Origin: an uncultured Gammaproteobacteria bacterium
Lineage (GTDB): Bacteria; Patescibacteriota; Patescibacteriia; VMEV01; CAYQCH01
NCBI GenBank assembly: GCA_964503955.1
Contig: CAZDCG010000002.1
Span: forward strand, 141,047 to 205,046
Direction of reading: 5' to 3'
DNA length: 64,000 nucleotides
The notes beneath the pieces are model-generated. The model had not been told where the DNA came from and searched no databases. It was given only the letters and a program-made list of their open reading frames with translations. Made by a program: the position numbers and the translations under genes. Of the stretch, positions 36,483-46,746 are shown piece by piece (the first letter of the stretch is position 1; each line of letters opens with the position of its first letter).

Positions 36483-38072
36483 ATGTCTTCCAAACACAAA
36501 CCTGTCGTACTTATTTCATTGGATGGCTGGGGAGCCAGCGGAATCATTGACGGCAATGCCATTGAGCAGGCGAATACTCCCGTCATGGACGGACTGTACC
36601 AGAAGTATCCTTTCACTTTTGTAGAAGCATCCGGCATCTCCGTAGGGCTGCCCTGGGGAGAGGTGGGAAACTCGGAAGTCGGCCATTTGAATCTTGGAGC
36701 CGGGCAGGTGGTTTATCAGAATCTCCCGCGCATTCAGATTGCCATTCAGGACGGAAGTTTCCACAAAAATGAACATTTCCTCGGGGCGATTCAACATGCC
36801 AAAGACAATGATTCAGACCTGCACTTGGTTGGAATTCTCTCAAACGGAGGCGTGCACGGGCATATGGATCATTGTTTTGAGCTGCTGAAAATCTGCAAAG
36901 CGCAGAAATTCAAAAAACGCGTTTTTGTCCACGCGATCACGGACGGACGCGATACGCCGCCGGCCGTGGCGGACCAATTTATCAAGCAGCTGCTTGATGT
37001 GATGAAAAAGCTGAAAGTCGGCCAGCTTGTGAGCATGGTCGGCCGGTACTATGCCATGGATCGAAACAATAACTGGGATCGCACCAAGCTTGCTTATGAA
37101 CTGATGACCAAGGGGCTTGGGCTCCAATTCCGCGATCCGCAGGAAGCAATAAAAGAGCTCTATAGCCGTGACATGAAAGATGAAGAATTGCAGCCGACCG
37201 TCATCACCGACCGCAAACAGAATCCGTTGGCGGTCATTAAAGACAATGACGCGGTGATTTTCTGGAATTATCGCCCCGACCGCGCCCGCCAATTGACCCA
37301 GGCCTTTGTTTTAGATGATTTCAGCGGTTTTGAACGCGCAAAATTGCAGAATCTCAAATTCGTCACCATGATGGAATATGAAGCCGGTCTGCCTGTGGAT
37401 GTGGCCTTTCCTCCGCAGATTATCCGCGAGCCGGTCGGCCGCATTGTCGCGGATGCGGGGCTGAAGCAGCTGCGCCTGGCTGAAACGGAAAAATACGCGC
37501 ATGTCACGTATTTCTTCAATGGCGGATCGGAAGAAGAGTTAAAGAATGAAGACCGCGTTCTGATCCCGTCGCCCAATGTTGCGACGTACGATCTCCAGCC
37601 TGAAATGAGTGCGCCTGAAATCGGCGACCGCGCGGTAAAGGAAATCAAATCTGGCAAGTATGATTTCATTCTGATAAATTTCGCGAATGCGGATATGGTA
37701 GGCCATACGGGAAAATTTGAACCTGCAAAAAAGGGGATAGAGGCCGTGGACACAGCAATCGGTAAAATCGTTGACGCGGCTTTGGCAGAAGGCGGAGCGG
37801 TGGTCATCACGGCTGATCATGGCAATGCCGAACTGATGAAAGATCCATTGAAAGGAAGCGAAGTTAAGGAGCATTCAACCGGCGTGGTTCCCGTGATTGT
37901 TGTTGAGCAGTCCCGGGCACGCGAGCTTGATCCTCAAAGCGCTCAAACGCTTCGCCGGCAGCCAAATCCCGTCGGCATTCTCGCCGATGTCGGGCCGACT
38001 GTCCTTGAACTGCTTGGTTTGCAACCTTCAGAAGAAATGACGGGAAGAAGTTTATTAAACGATCTGATGTGA
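36483..38072 (+). CDS. gpmI: 2,3-bisphosphoglycerate-independent phosphoglycerate mutase
   Basis: LDGWG, GNSEVGH, DGRDT, GRYYAMDR, AETEKYAHVT, ANADMVGHTG, TADHGNAE. Confidence 0.96.
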   Translation: MSSKHKPVVLISLDGWGASGIIDGNAIEQANTPVMDGLYQKYPFTFVEASGISVGLPWGEVGNSEVGHLNLGAGQVVYQNLPRIQIAIQDGSFHKNEHFLGAIQHAKDNDSDLHLVGILSNGGVHGHMDHCFELLKICKAQKFKKRVFVHAITDGRDTPPAVADQFIKQLLDVMKKLKVGQLVSMVGRYYAMDRNNNWDRTKLAYELMTKGLGLQFRDPQEAIKELYSRDMKDEELQPTVITDRKQNPLAVIKDNDAVIFWNYRPDRARQLTQAFVLDDFSGFERAKLQNLKFVTMMEYEAGLPVDVAFPPQIIREPVGRIVADAGLKQLRLAETEKYAHVTYFFNGGSEEELKNEDRVLIPSPNVATYDLQPEMSAPEIGDRAVKEIKSGKYDFILINFANADMVGHTGKFEPAKKGIEAVDTAIGKIVDAALAEGGAVVITADHGNAELMKDPLKGSEVKEHSTGVVPVIVVEQSRARELDPQSAQTLRRQPNPVGILADVGPTVLELLGLQPSEEMTGRSLLNDLM

Positions 38073-39397
38073 AGCATCTTTTAAGCAAAATCATGCCAAA
38101 ATCGATCAAACGCCTGTACCATTTTGGCTGGGCTATTCTTGGCATGCTCAGGTATGGGCGTCCGTCTCGAAAAATGATTGTCATCGGCGTAACCGGAACC
38201 GACGGCAAAACCACGACCACAACCTTTTTGTACGAAATCCTCAAAAAGATGGGATTGCGCGTGGCCATGATCAACGGACTGCGCTTTGTTTTGCCCTCAA
38301 AAGAGTGGAAAAACCACTCCGATAATTCCACGCCGGGAAAAACGATCATTCGCCGTTTTTTGCGACAGGCGCTCAAAGAACAATGCCAGGTGGTTATCCT
38401 TGAAGTAACATCATGGGGGATTGAACAGCATCGCGTGCTTGGCATTGCCTTTGACGTGGCCGTGATCACAAATCTGACCTATGAGCATGTCGATTTGCAC
38501 GGCAGCCTTGACCGTTACCGAGAAATGAAAGGAGCCTTGTTCAAGGGGCTTTCGTCGCGCAGAAAACCTGGCCAGGAAAAAACATCGGTCTTGAACCTGG
38601 ACGACGATGACTACCAGTATTTCGCCGATATCCAGGCGGACCGGCAAATCCGCTACTCATCGCAACACCCTGCTGACCTTTACGCCACGCAAATCGATGA
38701 CTCGGACGGTCTTCGATTCCGGCTTCATCGGGGAGCAAAAACGAAAGATATTCAGCTGCATCTGCGCGGGGTATTTAACGTGTCCAACGCCCTTGCGGCT
38801 GCGGGGGCTGCCGTTGCTGTCGGAGCTGATTTGGAAGACATCAAACAAGGGTTGGAATCCGTCACCAAGGTACCCGGCCGCATGGAATTCGTGAACATGG
38901 GCCAGCCGTTCAAGGTGATTGTTGACTTTGCGCATACGCCAAACGGATTTAAAAACCTCTTCCACGCCGCTCGAAAGATGATGAACGGCAAAGGGCGGCT
39001 TATTGCCGTTTATGGAGCCACCGGAGACCGTGACCGCGGACGAAGGCCCATGGTAGGCCGCCTGGCCGCCGAGCTGGTCGATTTCAGCATTCTTACCACC
39101 GAAGATCCGCATACCGAGGATCCGCGAGCGATCGCGGAAGAGATCGAAGCCGGATTGAAGGAGAAGGGCAAAATCATGGGACCTGATTATACCTATATCG
39201 AAGATCGCAAAGATGCGATTAAACAAGCCTGCCAGATGGCTCAGCGGGATGACATTGTTTTGCTCTGCAGCATGGGGGACTATGATGTGATGTATGTCGG
39301 CCATGGAAAGATCCCATGGAGCGACCGGGAAGTCGCCAAATCAGCGCTGAGTGATTTGCGATACGGCGGGCCTGTCAAACCCAAAATGAAAACATAA
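38069..39397 (+). CDS. murE: UDP-N-acetylmuramoyl-tripeptide synthetase (MurE family)
   Basis: GVTGTDGKTTT, EVTS, TNLT.EH.D.H, VPGRME, DFAHTP. Confidence 0.88.
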   Translation: MKHLLSKIMPKSIKRLYHFGWAILGMLRYGRPSRKMIVIGVTGTDGKTTTTTFLYEILKKMGLRVAMINGLRFVLPSKEWKNHSDNSTPGKTIIRRFLRQALKEQCQVVILEVTSWGIEQHRVLGIAFDVAVITNLTYEHVDLHGSLDRYREMKGALFKGLSSRRKPGQEKTSVLNLDDDDYQYFADIQADRQIRYSSQHPADLYATQIDDSDGLRFRLHRGAKTKDIQLHLRGVFNVSNALAAAGAAVAVGADLEDIKQGLESVTKVPGRMEFVNMGQPFKVIVDFAHTPNGFKNLFHAARKMMNGKGRLIAVYGATGDRDRGRRPMVGRLAAELVDFSILTTEDPHTEDPRAIAEEIEAGLKEKGKIMGPDYTYIEDRKDAIKQACQMAQRDDIVLLCSMGDYDVMYVGHGKIPWSDREVAKSALSDLRYGGPVKPKMKT

Positions 39398-39413
39398 CTA
39401 TGCTTTTAAAGGT

Positions 39414-39926
39414 ATGTTGATTATCAATCTTGCGGTTCTGCTGTATTTTTATTTCTTCTCCGTATTGGTGACGCGCTTTATTATCCGTCTTTCAGATCTG
39501 TTCGTGCTCAACGTCAGCTATCATCGCGCGCTCAGCGAGTTCAATGTTGAACCGCATTATCCTTGGCATCTTGCGGTGATCAGACATCTGCTCACATTAG
39601 GCATTGTCTGGTTTTTTCTGGCTCAGCTGCATATTACGACCATCAGCTTCGCGTTCTTTGTCGACCTGCTCTTGTTTACGGCAGTCGTTGTCTTTAGCGG
39701 TGTTGTAGCCGCTTTCTTCTGGCATGTCACAAGCTACCGCATCGACAAGCGTTTTCACGCGCAGGCGGCCAAGCAAATTGACCGCAAAAAAGTCTGCGTG
39801 ATAAGAACGCATAAGCCGGTCAGTTCAGAGCGTTTCAAGCTTGTTCAGCAATTGCTTTATCTCTTTGCTTTTGTGCTTCTTGTGCTTGGTCTCTACGTCT
39901 GGCTTGATAATTTCGCCTTGCTTTGA
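39414..39926 (+). CDS. Hypothetical membrane protein
   Basis: Four hydrophobic segments. Confidence 0.6.
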   Translation: MLIINLAVLLYFYFFSVLVTRFIIRLSDLFVLNVSYHRALSEFNVEPHYPWHLAVIRHLLTLGIVWFFLAQLHITTISFAFFVDLLLFTAVVVFSGVVAAFFWHVTSYRIDKRFHAQAAKQIDRKKVCVIRTHKPVSSERFKLVQQLLYLFAFVLLVLGLYVWLDNFALL

Positions 39927-39972
39927 CGGCATGCCTTGCCGGCGATATACTGGGGCAACCTTATCAATCTTT

Positions 39973-41214
39973 ATGAACAAAATAAGTCCGTTCGCGTCAG
40001 CCATGAAGCAGCTTGATCAGGCTGCTAAATATCTGGAGGGATACAAGGAATTCATCGACGTTTTGCGTATTCCGCAACGGCAAGTGCAAATTTCCATTCC
40101 CGTGCGCATGGATTCCGGGGAAATCAGAATTTTTGAAGGCTACCGGGTTCAATACGACAATCATCGTGGACCGTATAAAGGCGGCATCCGTTTTCATGCG
40201 GAAACAGACCTTGATGAAGTAAAGGCGCTCGCATTCTGGATGACCATTAAGTGCGGCGTTGTCGATATTCCTTATGGCGGGGGCAAAGGGGGCGTGACGG
40301 TTGATCCAAAACAGCTCAGCGAAGCGGAACTGGAACGGCTTACCCGCGGGTGGACGCATGCCATGCGCCATGTCATCGGCCCCAAAACGGATATTCCCGC
40401 GCCGGACGTGAATACGAACGCGCAGGTGATGGCTTGGATTGCCGACGAATACGGCCGCACCGACGGCGGCTTTGCTCCTGCTGTTGTAACAGGAAAGCCG
40501 CTGCAGATCGGAGGCAGCCGGGGACGTGAATCCGCCACCGCGCAGGGCGCTTTCTATTGTCTTGAAGATCTGGTTGAACATCTTTCATTTGAGCCTGGCA
40601 AAACACGCATTGCGATTCAGGGATTTGGCAATGCCGGTGCGCATTTCGCGCATCTTGCTCATCAAGCCGGGTTCATCGTTATCGCTGTATCGGATTCGCG
40701 AGGAGCGGTTTATTCCGACTCCGGCCTTGATCCAATGGCCGTGATGCGCCACAAAAAGGAAACAGGCAGTGTTGTTGGTGCTCCTGGCACTACGGCGATT
40801 AAAAGCGAAGAACTATTCGCGCTTGATTGTGAAGTACTCGCGCCGGCCGCCTTGGAAAACGCGATCACCGCGGAGAATGCCGATCAGATCAAAGCAAAAG
40901 CAATCCTTGAGCTTGCCAATGGTCCGACCACTCCCGAAGCGGAAGCCATTCTCCTTGAAAAAGGCGTTTTGATTGTTCCTGACGTACTGGCTAATGCCGG
41001 CGGCGTGACTGTGAGCTATTTTGAATGGGTGCAGAATAATCAAGGGTATTACTGGTCTGAAGAAGAGGTGCTTGAAAAACTCAAGTCTATTATGAAACGG
41101 TCATTCCGCAATGTCTGGGAGAAGAAGAGCGATTTGCATGTTGACATGCGAACGGCTGCGTTCGTTCTCGCTATTGAACGCATCGTGCAAACCATGAAAA
41201 TGCGCGGTGTCTAA
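39973..41214 (+). CDS. gdhA: Glu/Leu/Phe/Val dehydrogenase (glutamate dehydrogenase)
   Basis: GPYKGGIRFH, GGGKGG, DIPAPDV, VTGKP, QGFGNAG, ANGP, NAGGVTVSYFEW. Confidence 0.95.
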   Translation: MNKISPFASAMKQLDQAAKYLEGYKEFIDVLRIPQRQVQISIPVRMDSGEIRIFEGYRVQYDNHRGPYKGGIRFHAETDLDEVKALAFWMTIKCGVVDIPYGGGKGGVTVDPKQLSEAELERLTRGWTHAMRHVIGPKTDIPAPDVNTNAQVMAWIADEYGRTDGGFAPAVVTGKPLQIGGSRGRESATAQGAFYCLEDLVEHLSFEPGKTRIAIQGFGNAGAHFAHLAHQAGFIVIAVSDSRGAVYSDSGLDPMAVMRHKKETGSVVGAPGTTAIKSEELFALDCEVLAPAALENAITAENADQIKAKAILELANGPTTPEAEAILLEKGVLIVPDVLANAGGVTVSYFEWVQNNQGYYWSEEEVLEKLKSIMKRSFRNVWEKKSDLHVDMRTAAFVLAIERIVQTMKMRGV

Positions 41215-41219
41215 TAAAC

Positions 41220-43418
41220 ATGAAACAACCACTTTCCATCATCCTCGCTTCATTGCTGATCTTCGCCTCATTTCCACTGCCATCAGCGCAAAGCGTGACG
41301 GTCTCAGCCGCCGCTTTTAACGGGGCGCGCCCAGGCGAGCTGCTCGTGCGCAAAATCGGGGAACAGTACGCGGTAAAACATACCTATGCAAGCAATGAAG
41401 AAGCGGCCTGGCATTATGCTCGCTTTCTTGCCGACCCGGAGGTGGTTTCCGTTCAGCCGAATTTCGTCTACCAGGCTTCAGCCACGACCAATGATCCTTT
41501 GCTTTCTTCTCAGGATTATCTGGCCGCTATCAATATTGAACCCGCCTGGGAAATCCAGCCAAATGCCAAAGATGTAGTTGTGGCCGTGATCGACAGCGGG
41601 GTAGATCTTTCGCATCCGGACTTGGCGGAGAATATTTGGGTCAATCCAGGAGAAGTACTCAATGGAAAAGATGATGACCAGAACGGCTATATCGATGATT
41701 TGCATGGCTGGGATTTTCTCGCCGAGCAGCCTGATCCAAGCCCCAAATATCCGGTTGGTTTTCCTGAAAATGCCATTGGCGTGCAGCATGGCACCGTTGT
41801 GGCGGGAATTATTGCCGCACAGGGGGATAATGGAATCGGGATTGCCGGCGTGGCGCAAAAAGTCCAACTGATGCCGCTTCGCGTGCTCAATGAACTTGGC
41901 ACGGGAACGTCCGAAACGGTTACCCGCGCATTTCAGTATGCCATGGCGCAGGAAGTCGATATCATCAACTTAAGTTTGGTGGGCACTGACTATGACCCCT
42001 TGCTTGTTGAGCTGCTTGACGAGGCCTACAAGAAAGGAATTCTCGTGGTCGCGGCTGCTGGAAATAGCGGGGCAAACTTGAACGCGACTGGTACGTATCC
42101 GGTCTGTTATACGCATCTTGGAGCCGCGACCGTCATCGGCGTTGGATCGATCGAGCTTGATTTTTCCCGGCCGGATTTTTCCAATTATGGTTCTGACTGC
42201 GTTGACATTGTGGCTCCGGGAGTAGATATCTTTTCCACCCGCCATGTCGGTCCGAGATTTCAGTCCAAGGATCAATACAAAGCATTGTTCAGCGGGACAT
42301 CGTTTTCCGCGCCTCAGGTGACGGGCGTGCTTGCTTTGCTCAAACAGATCAGGCCGTCATTGCAGGCGGATGAAGCATTACGGATCCTGCAGCAAGGCGC
42401 CAAGCCGATCGGAGCTTTGCATGCTTCAGGCATAGGATTTGACTATGCGCTTAATGCCGGCGGGGCCGTTGCTCTGGCGGAGCAGGGAAGAGAACCTGTT
42501 CAGGAAGAAGAAACGGCAGAAGCTGTTGTTTCGGGTTTTCTGGCTTATCCGCGATCCTCGTTTGAGGGGCTGCCGTATCTGTATCAATTCCCAGGTCCTA
42601 CGGCGATGACACCGATTGTCTTTGAAGCAGGTGATTTTCATTCAGGAATGCAATTTGTCCGCCAGACAAGCCTCTCTGCCATTGTGCACGCGAAAGGAGA
42701 GCAGATCCGCAAAGTGTACAGCTACAATTTTTTTACGTCGCAGCTTTCATTGATTCTTGATCTTCCCATAGACGATGAACAGACGGTCGGATCAGTAGCC
42801 GTTGGCAATGTTGATGGAGATCCTGAAGACGATCTGGTGGTTGTTTCCGGGCAAGGGCAGCTTCCGCTCTTGAGCATTTACGATTTTAAAGGAACATTAA
42901 AGTACAGGTTCAGGCCATTTGAGAACAATATCGTTGGAGGACTGTCCGTCGCTCTCATCGATACAAATGGAGATGGGATCCAGGAAATGGCCGTGGTGCC
43001 TGAACGCCAGACCGACGGCCTGGTTCGTATCTTTGAATATACTGGTCTTCTGCATCATGAATTCGTCTCCTATGAACGTTTCGGCGGAGGAGCAACCATA
43101 ACTTCAGCGGATATCAATGGAGACGGACAAAGCGAGTTGATTCTTGGTCCTGGTGAGTCCGGCGGACCACATATCAAAATTTTCCACCCGGACGGGCAGC
43201 TGGTTCTGGAATTTTTTGCGGGCGATGTGATCGACGGAGGAGGAGCGCATGTGGAATTTCTTGATGTCAACCGCGACGAAAGAAAAGAATTCGTCGTCTC
43301 CTATAAAACGACCCATACGCCGGTCTTTCGCATGTACTCTCCAGAAGGAGCCTTTGAGCAGGAATGGGGCGTTTTAGACGGAGATTACCGCGGCGGTGTG
43401 GGCTTTTACCCATTGTGA
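41220..43418 (+). CDS. Secreted S8 (subtilisin-like) serine peptidase with C-terminal FG-GAP-like repeats
   Basis: Catalytic triad VAVIDSG / HGTVVAG / GTSFSAP; D.NGDG..E repeats. Confidence 0.92.
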   Translation: MKQPLSIILASLLIFASFPLPSAQSVTVSAAAFNGARPGELLVRKIGEQYAVKHTYASNEEAAWHYARFLADPEVVSVQPNFVYQASATTNDPLLSSQDYLAAINIEPAWEIQPNAKDVVVAVIDSGVDLSHPDLAENIWVNPGEVLNGKDDDQNGYIDDLHGWDFLAEQPDPSPKYPVGFPENAIGVQHGTVVAGIIAAQGDNGIGIAGVAQKVQLMPLRVLNELGTGTSETVTRAFQYAMAQEVDIINLSLVGTDYDPLLVELLDEAYKKGILVVAAAGNSGANLNATGTYPVCYTHLGAATVIGVGSIELDFSRPDFSNYGSDCVDIVAPGVDIFSTRHVGPRFQSKDQYKALFSGTSFSAPQVTGVLALLKQIRPSLQADEALRILQQGAKPIGALHASGIGFDYALNAGGAVALAEQGREPVQEEETAEAVVSGFLAYPRSSFEGLPYLYQFPGPTAMTPIVFEAGDFHSGMQFVRQTSLSAIVHAKGEQIRKVYSYNFFTSQLSLILDLPIDDEQTVGSVAVGNVDGDPEDDLVVVSGQGQLPLLSIYDFKGTLKYRFRPFENNIVGGLSVALIDTNGDGIQEMAVVPERQTDGLVRIFEYTGLLHHEFVSYERFGGGATITSADINGDGQSELILGPGESGGPHIKIFHPDGQLVLEFFAGDVIDGGGAHVEFLDVNRDERKEFVVSYKTTHTPVFRMYSPEGAFEQEWGVLDGDYRGGVGFYPL

Positions 43419-43463
43419 TACAATAAAACAAACGTTTCCAAACGAGGAATGTTTTTCATCTCT

Positions 43464-44480
43464 ATGGCCAAACAAGCGATTTTTGAACAAAAGAATATTC
43501 TTGTCACAGGAGGAGCAGGCTTTATCGGCTCGCACCTTTGCGATCAACTGGTGACGCGCGCAAAGGTTATTTGCGTTGACAGTTTCGTGAGCAGCTCGCC
43601 TGCCAATATCAGCCATCTTTTGCAGCATCCGAACTTTGTTTTCATTAACCACGATATCACAAAGCCGCTTGATCTGAACGCCTTTCCCGAACTTGAACGG
43701 TTCCGCGTGGAATTTCAGGGCGTGCAGGAAATCTATAATCTTGCCTGCCCGACATCTCCCAAGCATTTTGAGGAAATGACCATTGAGACAATGGACGCGA
43801 ATACCATGGGCATGAAATACCTGCTTGAAATGGCCAAGCAGTATAATGCACGGTTTTTGCAGGCTTCTTCATCGGTTGTCTACGGGCCGCGCAACCAGGA
43901 AAATCCGCTTGTGCATGAAGAGGTGGTTGGGATACTCGATCAGAAAAGTCCCCGGGCTGTTTATGATCTTGGTAAGAAATTCGCCGAAACCATGGTTCTG
44001 GCATATCACGCGAAACATCAGGTACGCACGCGCATTGCGAGAATTTTTCGCACCTATGGACCGCGCATGATGCTTAATGACGGGAGCATGGTTCCGGATT
44101 TTGTCGTGCGCGCCATGGCGGGGGAGGAAATGGTTATCTATGGTACGGAAGACTTCAGCACGTCGCTTTGCTATGTTTCAGATATTGTTGATGGACTGAT
44201 CCGTCTCATGGAAACGCCGCAGGATCATCTCACTGTCAATCTTGGAAGCGACCAGGATCTCCCGCTTGTCGAGGTGGCTAAAAAGGTGATAGAAATGACA
44301 AACTCGTCTTCTACGATCCGCTTTGAACCTCCGCTCCTATTCATGACCCCGCTTGGTTTGCCGGATATTACCCGCGCAAAAGACGAATTTGGCTGGATCC
44401 CGATTGTCACACTTGAAACGGGCTTAAAGCGCACTATTGACTACGCGCGGGCGGAACGGTCCAAAATTTCACCTATCTAA
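43464..44480 (+). CDS. NAD-dependent epimerase/dehydratase, UDP-glucuronate decarboxylase-like
   Basis: VTGGAGFIGSHLC, IYNLACPTSP, YxxxK (YDLGK), TYGPRM, CYVSD. Confidence 0.85.
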   Translation: MAKQAIFEQKNILVTGGAGFIGSHLCDQLVTRAKVICVDSFVSSSPANISHLLQHPNFVFINHDITKPLDLNAFPELERFRVEFQGVQEIYNLACPTSPKHFEEMTIETMDANTMGMKYLLEMAKQYNARFLQASSSVVYGPRNQENPLVHEEVVGILDQKSPRAVYDLGKKFAETMVLAYHAKHQVRTRIARIFRTYGPRMMLNDGSMVPDFVVRAMAGEEMVIYGTEDFSTSLCYVSDIVDGLIRLMETPQDHLTVNLGSDQDLPLVEVAKKVIEMTNSSSTIRFEPPLLFMTPLGLPDITRAKDEFGWIPIVTLETGLKRTIDYARAERSKISPI

Positions 44481-44522
44481 GCGTTACTTGTCGCGAGAAA
44501 ACTCGCACCCTGACCACCGAGT

Positions 44523-45188
44523 ATGCTCATCGCTGTCATTCCGGCCTACAATGAAGAGAGAATGATTGCAGAAGTCGTCGCATCCGTACGGCCTCATGTA
44601 GATGAGGTCGTTCTTGTAGATGACGGATCAGCCGATAAGACGGCTGAAATCGGGCATCGGCATGGGGCAATCGTCGTGCGCCACCCGATCAACCGGGGGC
44701 AGGGAGCGGCTTTGCAGACAGGCATGCAGTTTGCGCTTCGCCGGGGCGCGGATATCATCATTCATTTCGATTCAGACGGCCAGCATCCAGCGCATCAGAT
44801 CCCTGATCTGATCGCACCTATTCGAGAAGGGGAGGCGGATATTGTTTTAGGTTCGCGGTTTCTTGATGATACCTCCAATGTCCCGTCGGCCAGACGGAAA
44901 TTGCTGCGAACGGCGGCATTGTTTACGAGGCTTTTAAGCGGCCTTTCTATTACCGACCCTCATAGCGGATTTCGCGCGCTCAGCAGGCCGTCAGCCGAAA
45001 AAATACAGCTTCGACAGGATCGAATGGCGCATGCGTCTGAATTGCTTCAGTTGGTTGCCCGCCATAAGCTGCGCTACAAAGAAATCCCGGTAACCATCAG
45101 CTATACGGATTATTCCATGTCCAAGGGACAAAGCGGGTGGAATGCTATCAAAATTGTTCTTGACCTGATAAAGGGATCGATTCTTTAA
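44523..45188 (+). CDS. GT2 glycosyltransferase (DPM synthase-like)
   Basis: IPAYNEE, DDGS.D, NRGQGAALQTG, FDSDGQH, GSRF. Confidence 0.93.
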   Translation: MLIAVIPAYNEERMIAEVVASVRPHVDEVVLVDDGSADKTAEIGHRHGAIVVRHPINRGQGAALQTGMQFALRRGADIIIHFDSDGQHPAHQIPDLIAPIREGEADIVLGSRFLDDTSNVPSARRKLLRTAALFTRLLSGLSITDPHSGFRALSRPSAEKIQLRQDRMAHASELLQLVARHKLRYKEIPVTISYTDYSMSKGQSGWNAIKIVLDLIKGSIL

Positions 45189-45191
45189 AGA

Positions 45192-45278
45192 CGTAATGAA
45201 TCAATAGATGCATAGGCCAATAGACAGATGAAAAGCTCTATTGGTCTATAGATCTAACCTGTCTATTGGACTTGTATC
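45192..45278. repeat. Inverted low-complexity arrays
   Basis: CAATAGATGCATAGGCCAATAGACAGATG facing CTATTGGTCTATAGATCTAACCTGTCTATTGG. Confidence 0.5.
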
Positions 45279-45279
45279 T

Positions 45280-45642
45280 ATGTTTCTCTTCCAAATCATC
45301 GCCACCATTTACATCCTTCTGGTCATCTTGCGCGTTATCGGGCGCTATAAGGCCGGGCGCATTCCAAAAAGCGAAATGCTTCTCTGGCTTGCTTTCTGGC
45401 TTTTGCTTGACGGGGCCGTCTGGTGGCCGCGCGGAACCGATCTTGTCGCCAATGCTTTGGGGATTTCTCGGGGGTATGAGCTGATCGTGGCGGCAGCACT
45501 GGCGGCGCTATTTTATCTTACCTTCCAGCTCTTTTCGCAGGTGCACCATCTTGAGCATGAGCTGACCAGGCTCGTGCGCAGCCTGGCTTTGTCCCAAAGC
45601 AGGGAGGCTGCCAAATCCGATGATGACAAGCCGGTTTTATGA
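45280..45642 (+). CDS. DUF2304 family membrane protein
   Basis: LWLAFW...P....VA..LGISRG...L..ELTRLVR.LAL; follows a DPM-like GT2. Confidence 0.85.
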   Translation: MFLFQIIATIYILLVILRVIGRYKAGRIPKSEMLLWLAFWLLLDGAVWWPRGTDLVANALGISRGYELIVAAALAALFYLTFQLFSQVHHLEHELTRLVRSLALSQSREAAKSDDDKPVL

Positions 45643-46715
45643 AAACCCTGAAGGTCTATACCGTCGTTGTTTCCTACAATGCCTATAAAGGCGGCTTTTT
45701 CCCGCGATGCCTGGACCACCTTGCGGCCATCCAACTGGAAAATGATCAGTATCACCTTGAACATACTGTCTTCGTGGTAGACAGTCATTCCGGAGATCAA
45801 ACCCCGGCACTTGTCAGGGAAGCCTTTCCCAATATGCGGGTGGTCGCAAGCGATGAAAATCTCGGCTATGCCGGGGGGAATAATGCCGGTATCAGCGAGG
45901 GGCTCAAAGCAGGAGCTGATTATATCGCCGTCGTCACACAGGACGTTTATGTGGAGCCCAGCTGGCTTTTAGAGGCGGTGGATGCCATTGAGAAAGACCG
46001 GCAAATCGGCGTTGTCCAGCCGCTTCTGCTTCTCTGGCCCGATCAGGACAGGATCAACTCCACAGGCAACCAGATCCACTATCTTGGATACGGCTACGCG
46101 GGGGATTACAGGCTGCCCCTGTCTCAGTTTGAGAAGAAAACACCTCAGAATATCGCCTATTTCAGCGGAGCCGTATGCCTTTTTCAGTCTGCTGCTTTGC
46201 GTAAAACCGGATTATTCGATGAGCGGCTCTGGATGTATAACGAGGACCAGGATTTAGGCTGGCGGCTCTGGCTGAATGGATATCGCAATGTCATGGTACC
46301 GGCCAGCCGTGCATATCATCAATACGAATTCAGCCGCAGCATCAGCAAAATCTACTTTATGGATCGAAACAGGCTGATTGTGCTGCTGCAAAACTATCAT
46401 TGGCTGACATTGGTGATGCTAACTCCCTTTTTACTCGCAAATGAACTTGGAAGCGCGGTTTTAAGCATGAGAGCCGGCTGGTGGAAAGAAAAGCGCCGTG
46501 TCTGGGCCTATTTTGCCAATCCAAAGCATCTGGCTGAGATTTTGCGGGTCCGAAAGCTCAGGCAGGGAAGCCGAACGGTCAAAGAATCGGCTATTGTCAA
46601 AAGGTTTACAGGCAAAATCCTGTTTCAGGATCTGCAAACATCATTTATCAGCAAGATCGTAAATCCGGTGCTGCATCTGATTTGGGAGATTTGCCGCAAA
46701 TTGATCATTTGGTAG
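45639..46715 (+). CDS. GT2 glycosyltransferase
   Basis: VVVSYN, NLGYAGGNN, GLFDE..WMY.ED.DLGWR. Confidence 0.9.
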   Translation: MKTLKVYTVVVSYNAYKGGFFPRCLDHLAAIQLENDQYHLEHTVFVVDSHSGDQTPALVREAFPNMRVVASDENLGYAGGNNAGISEGLKAGADYIAVVTQDVYVEPSWLLEAVDAIEKDRQIGVVQPLLLLWPDQDRINSTGNQIHYLGYGYAGDYRLPLSQFEKKTPQNIAYFSGAVCLFQSAALRKTGLFDERLWMYNEDQDLGWRLWLNGYRNVMVPASRAYHQYEFSRSISKIYFMDRNRLIVLLQNYHWLTLVMLTPFLLANELGSAVLSMRAGWWKEKRRVWAYFANPKHLAEILRVRKLRQGSRTVKESAIVKRFTGKILFQDLQTSFISKIVNPVLHLIWEICRKLIIW

Positions 46716-46746
46716 ACTGAATAATTATTTTGTTCAGTAAAATTGC

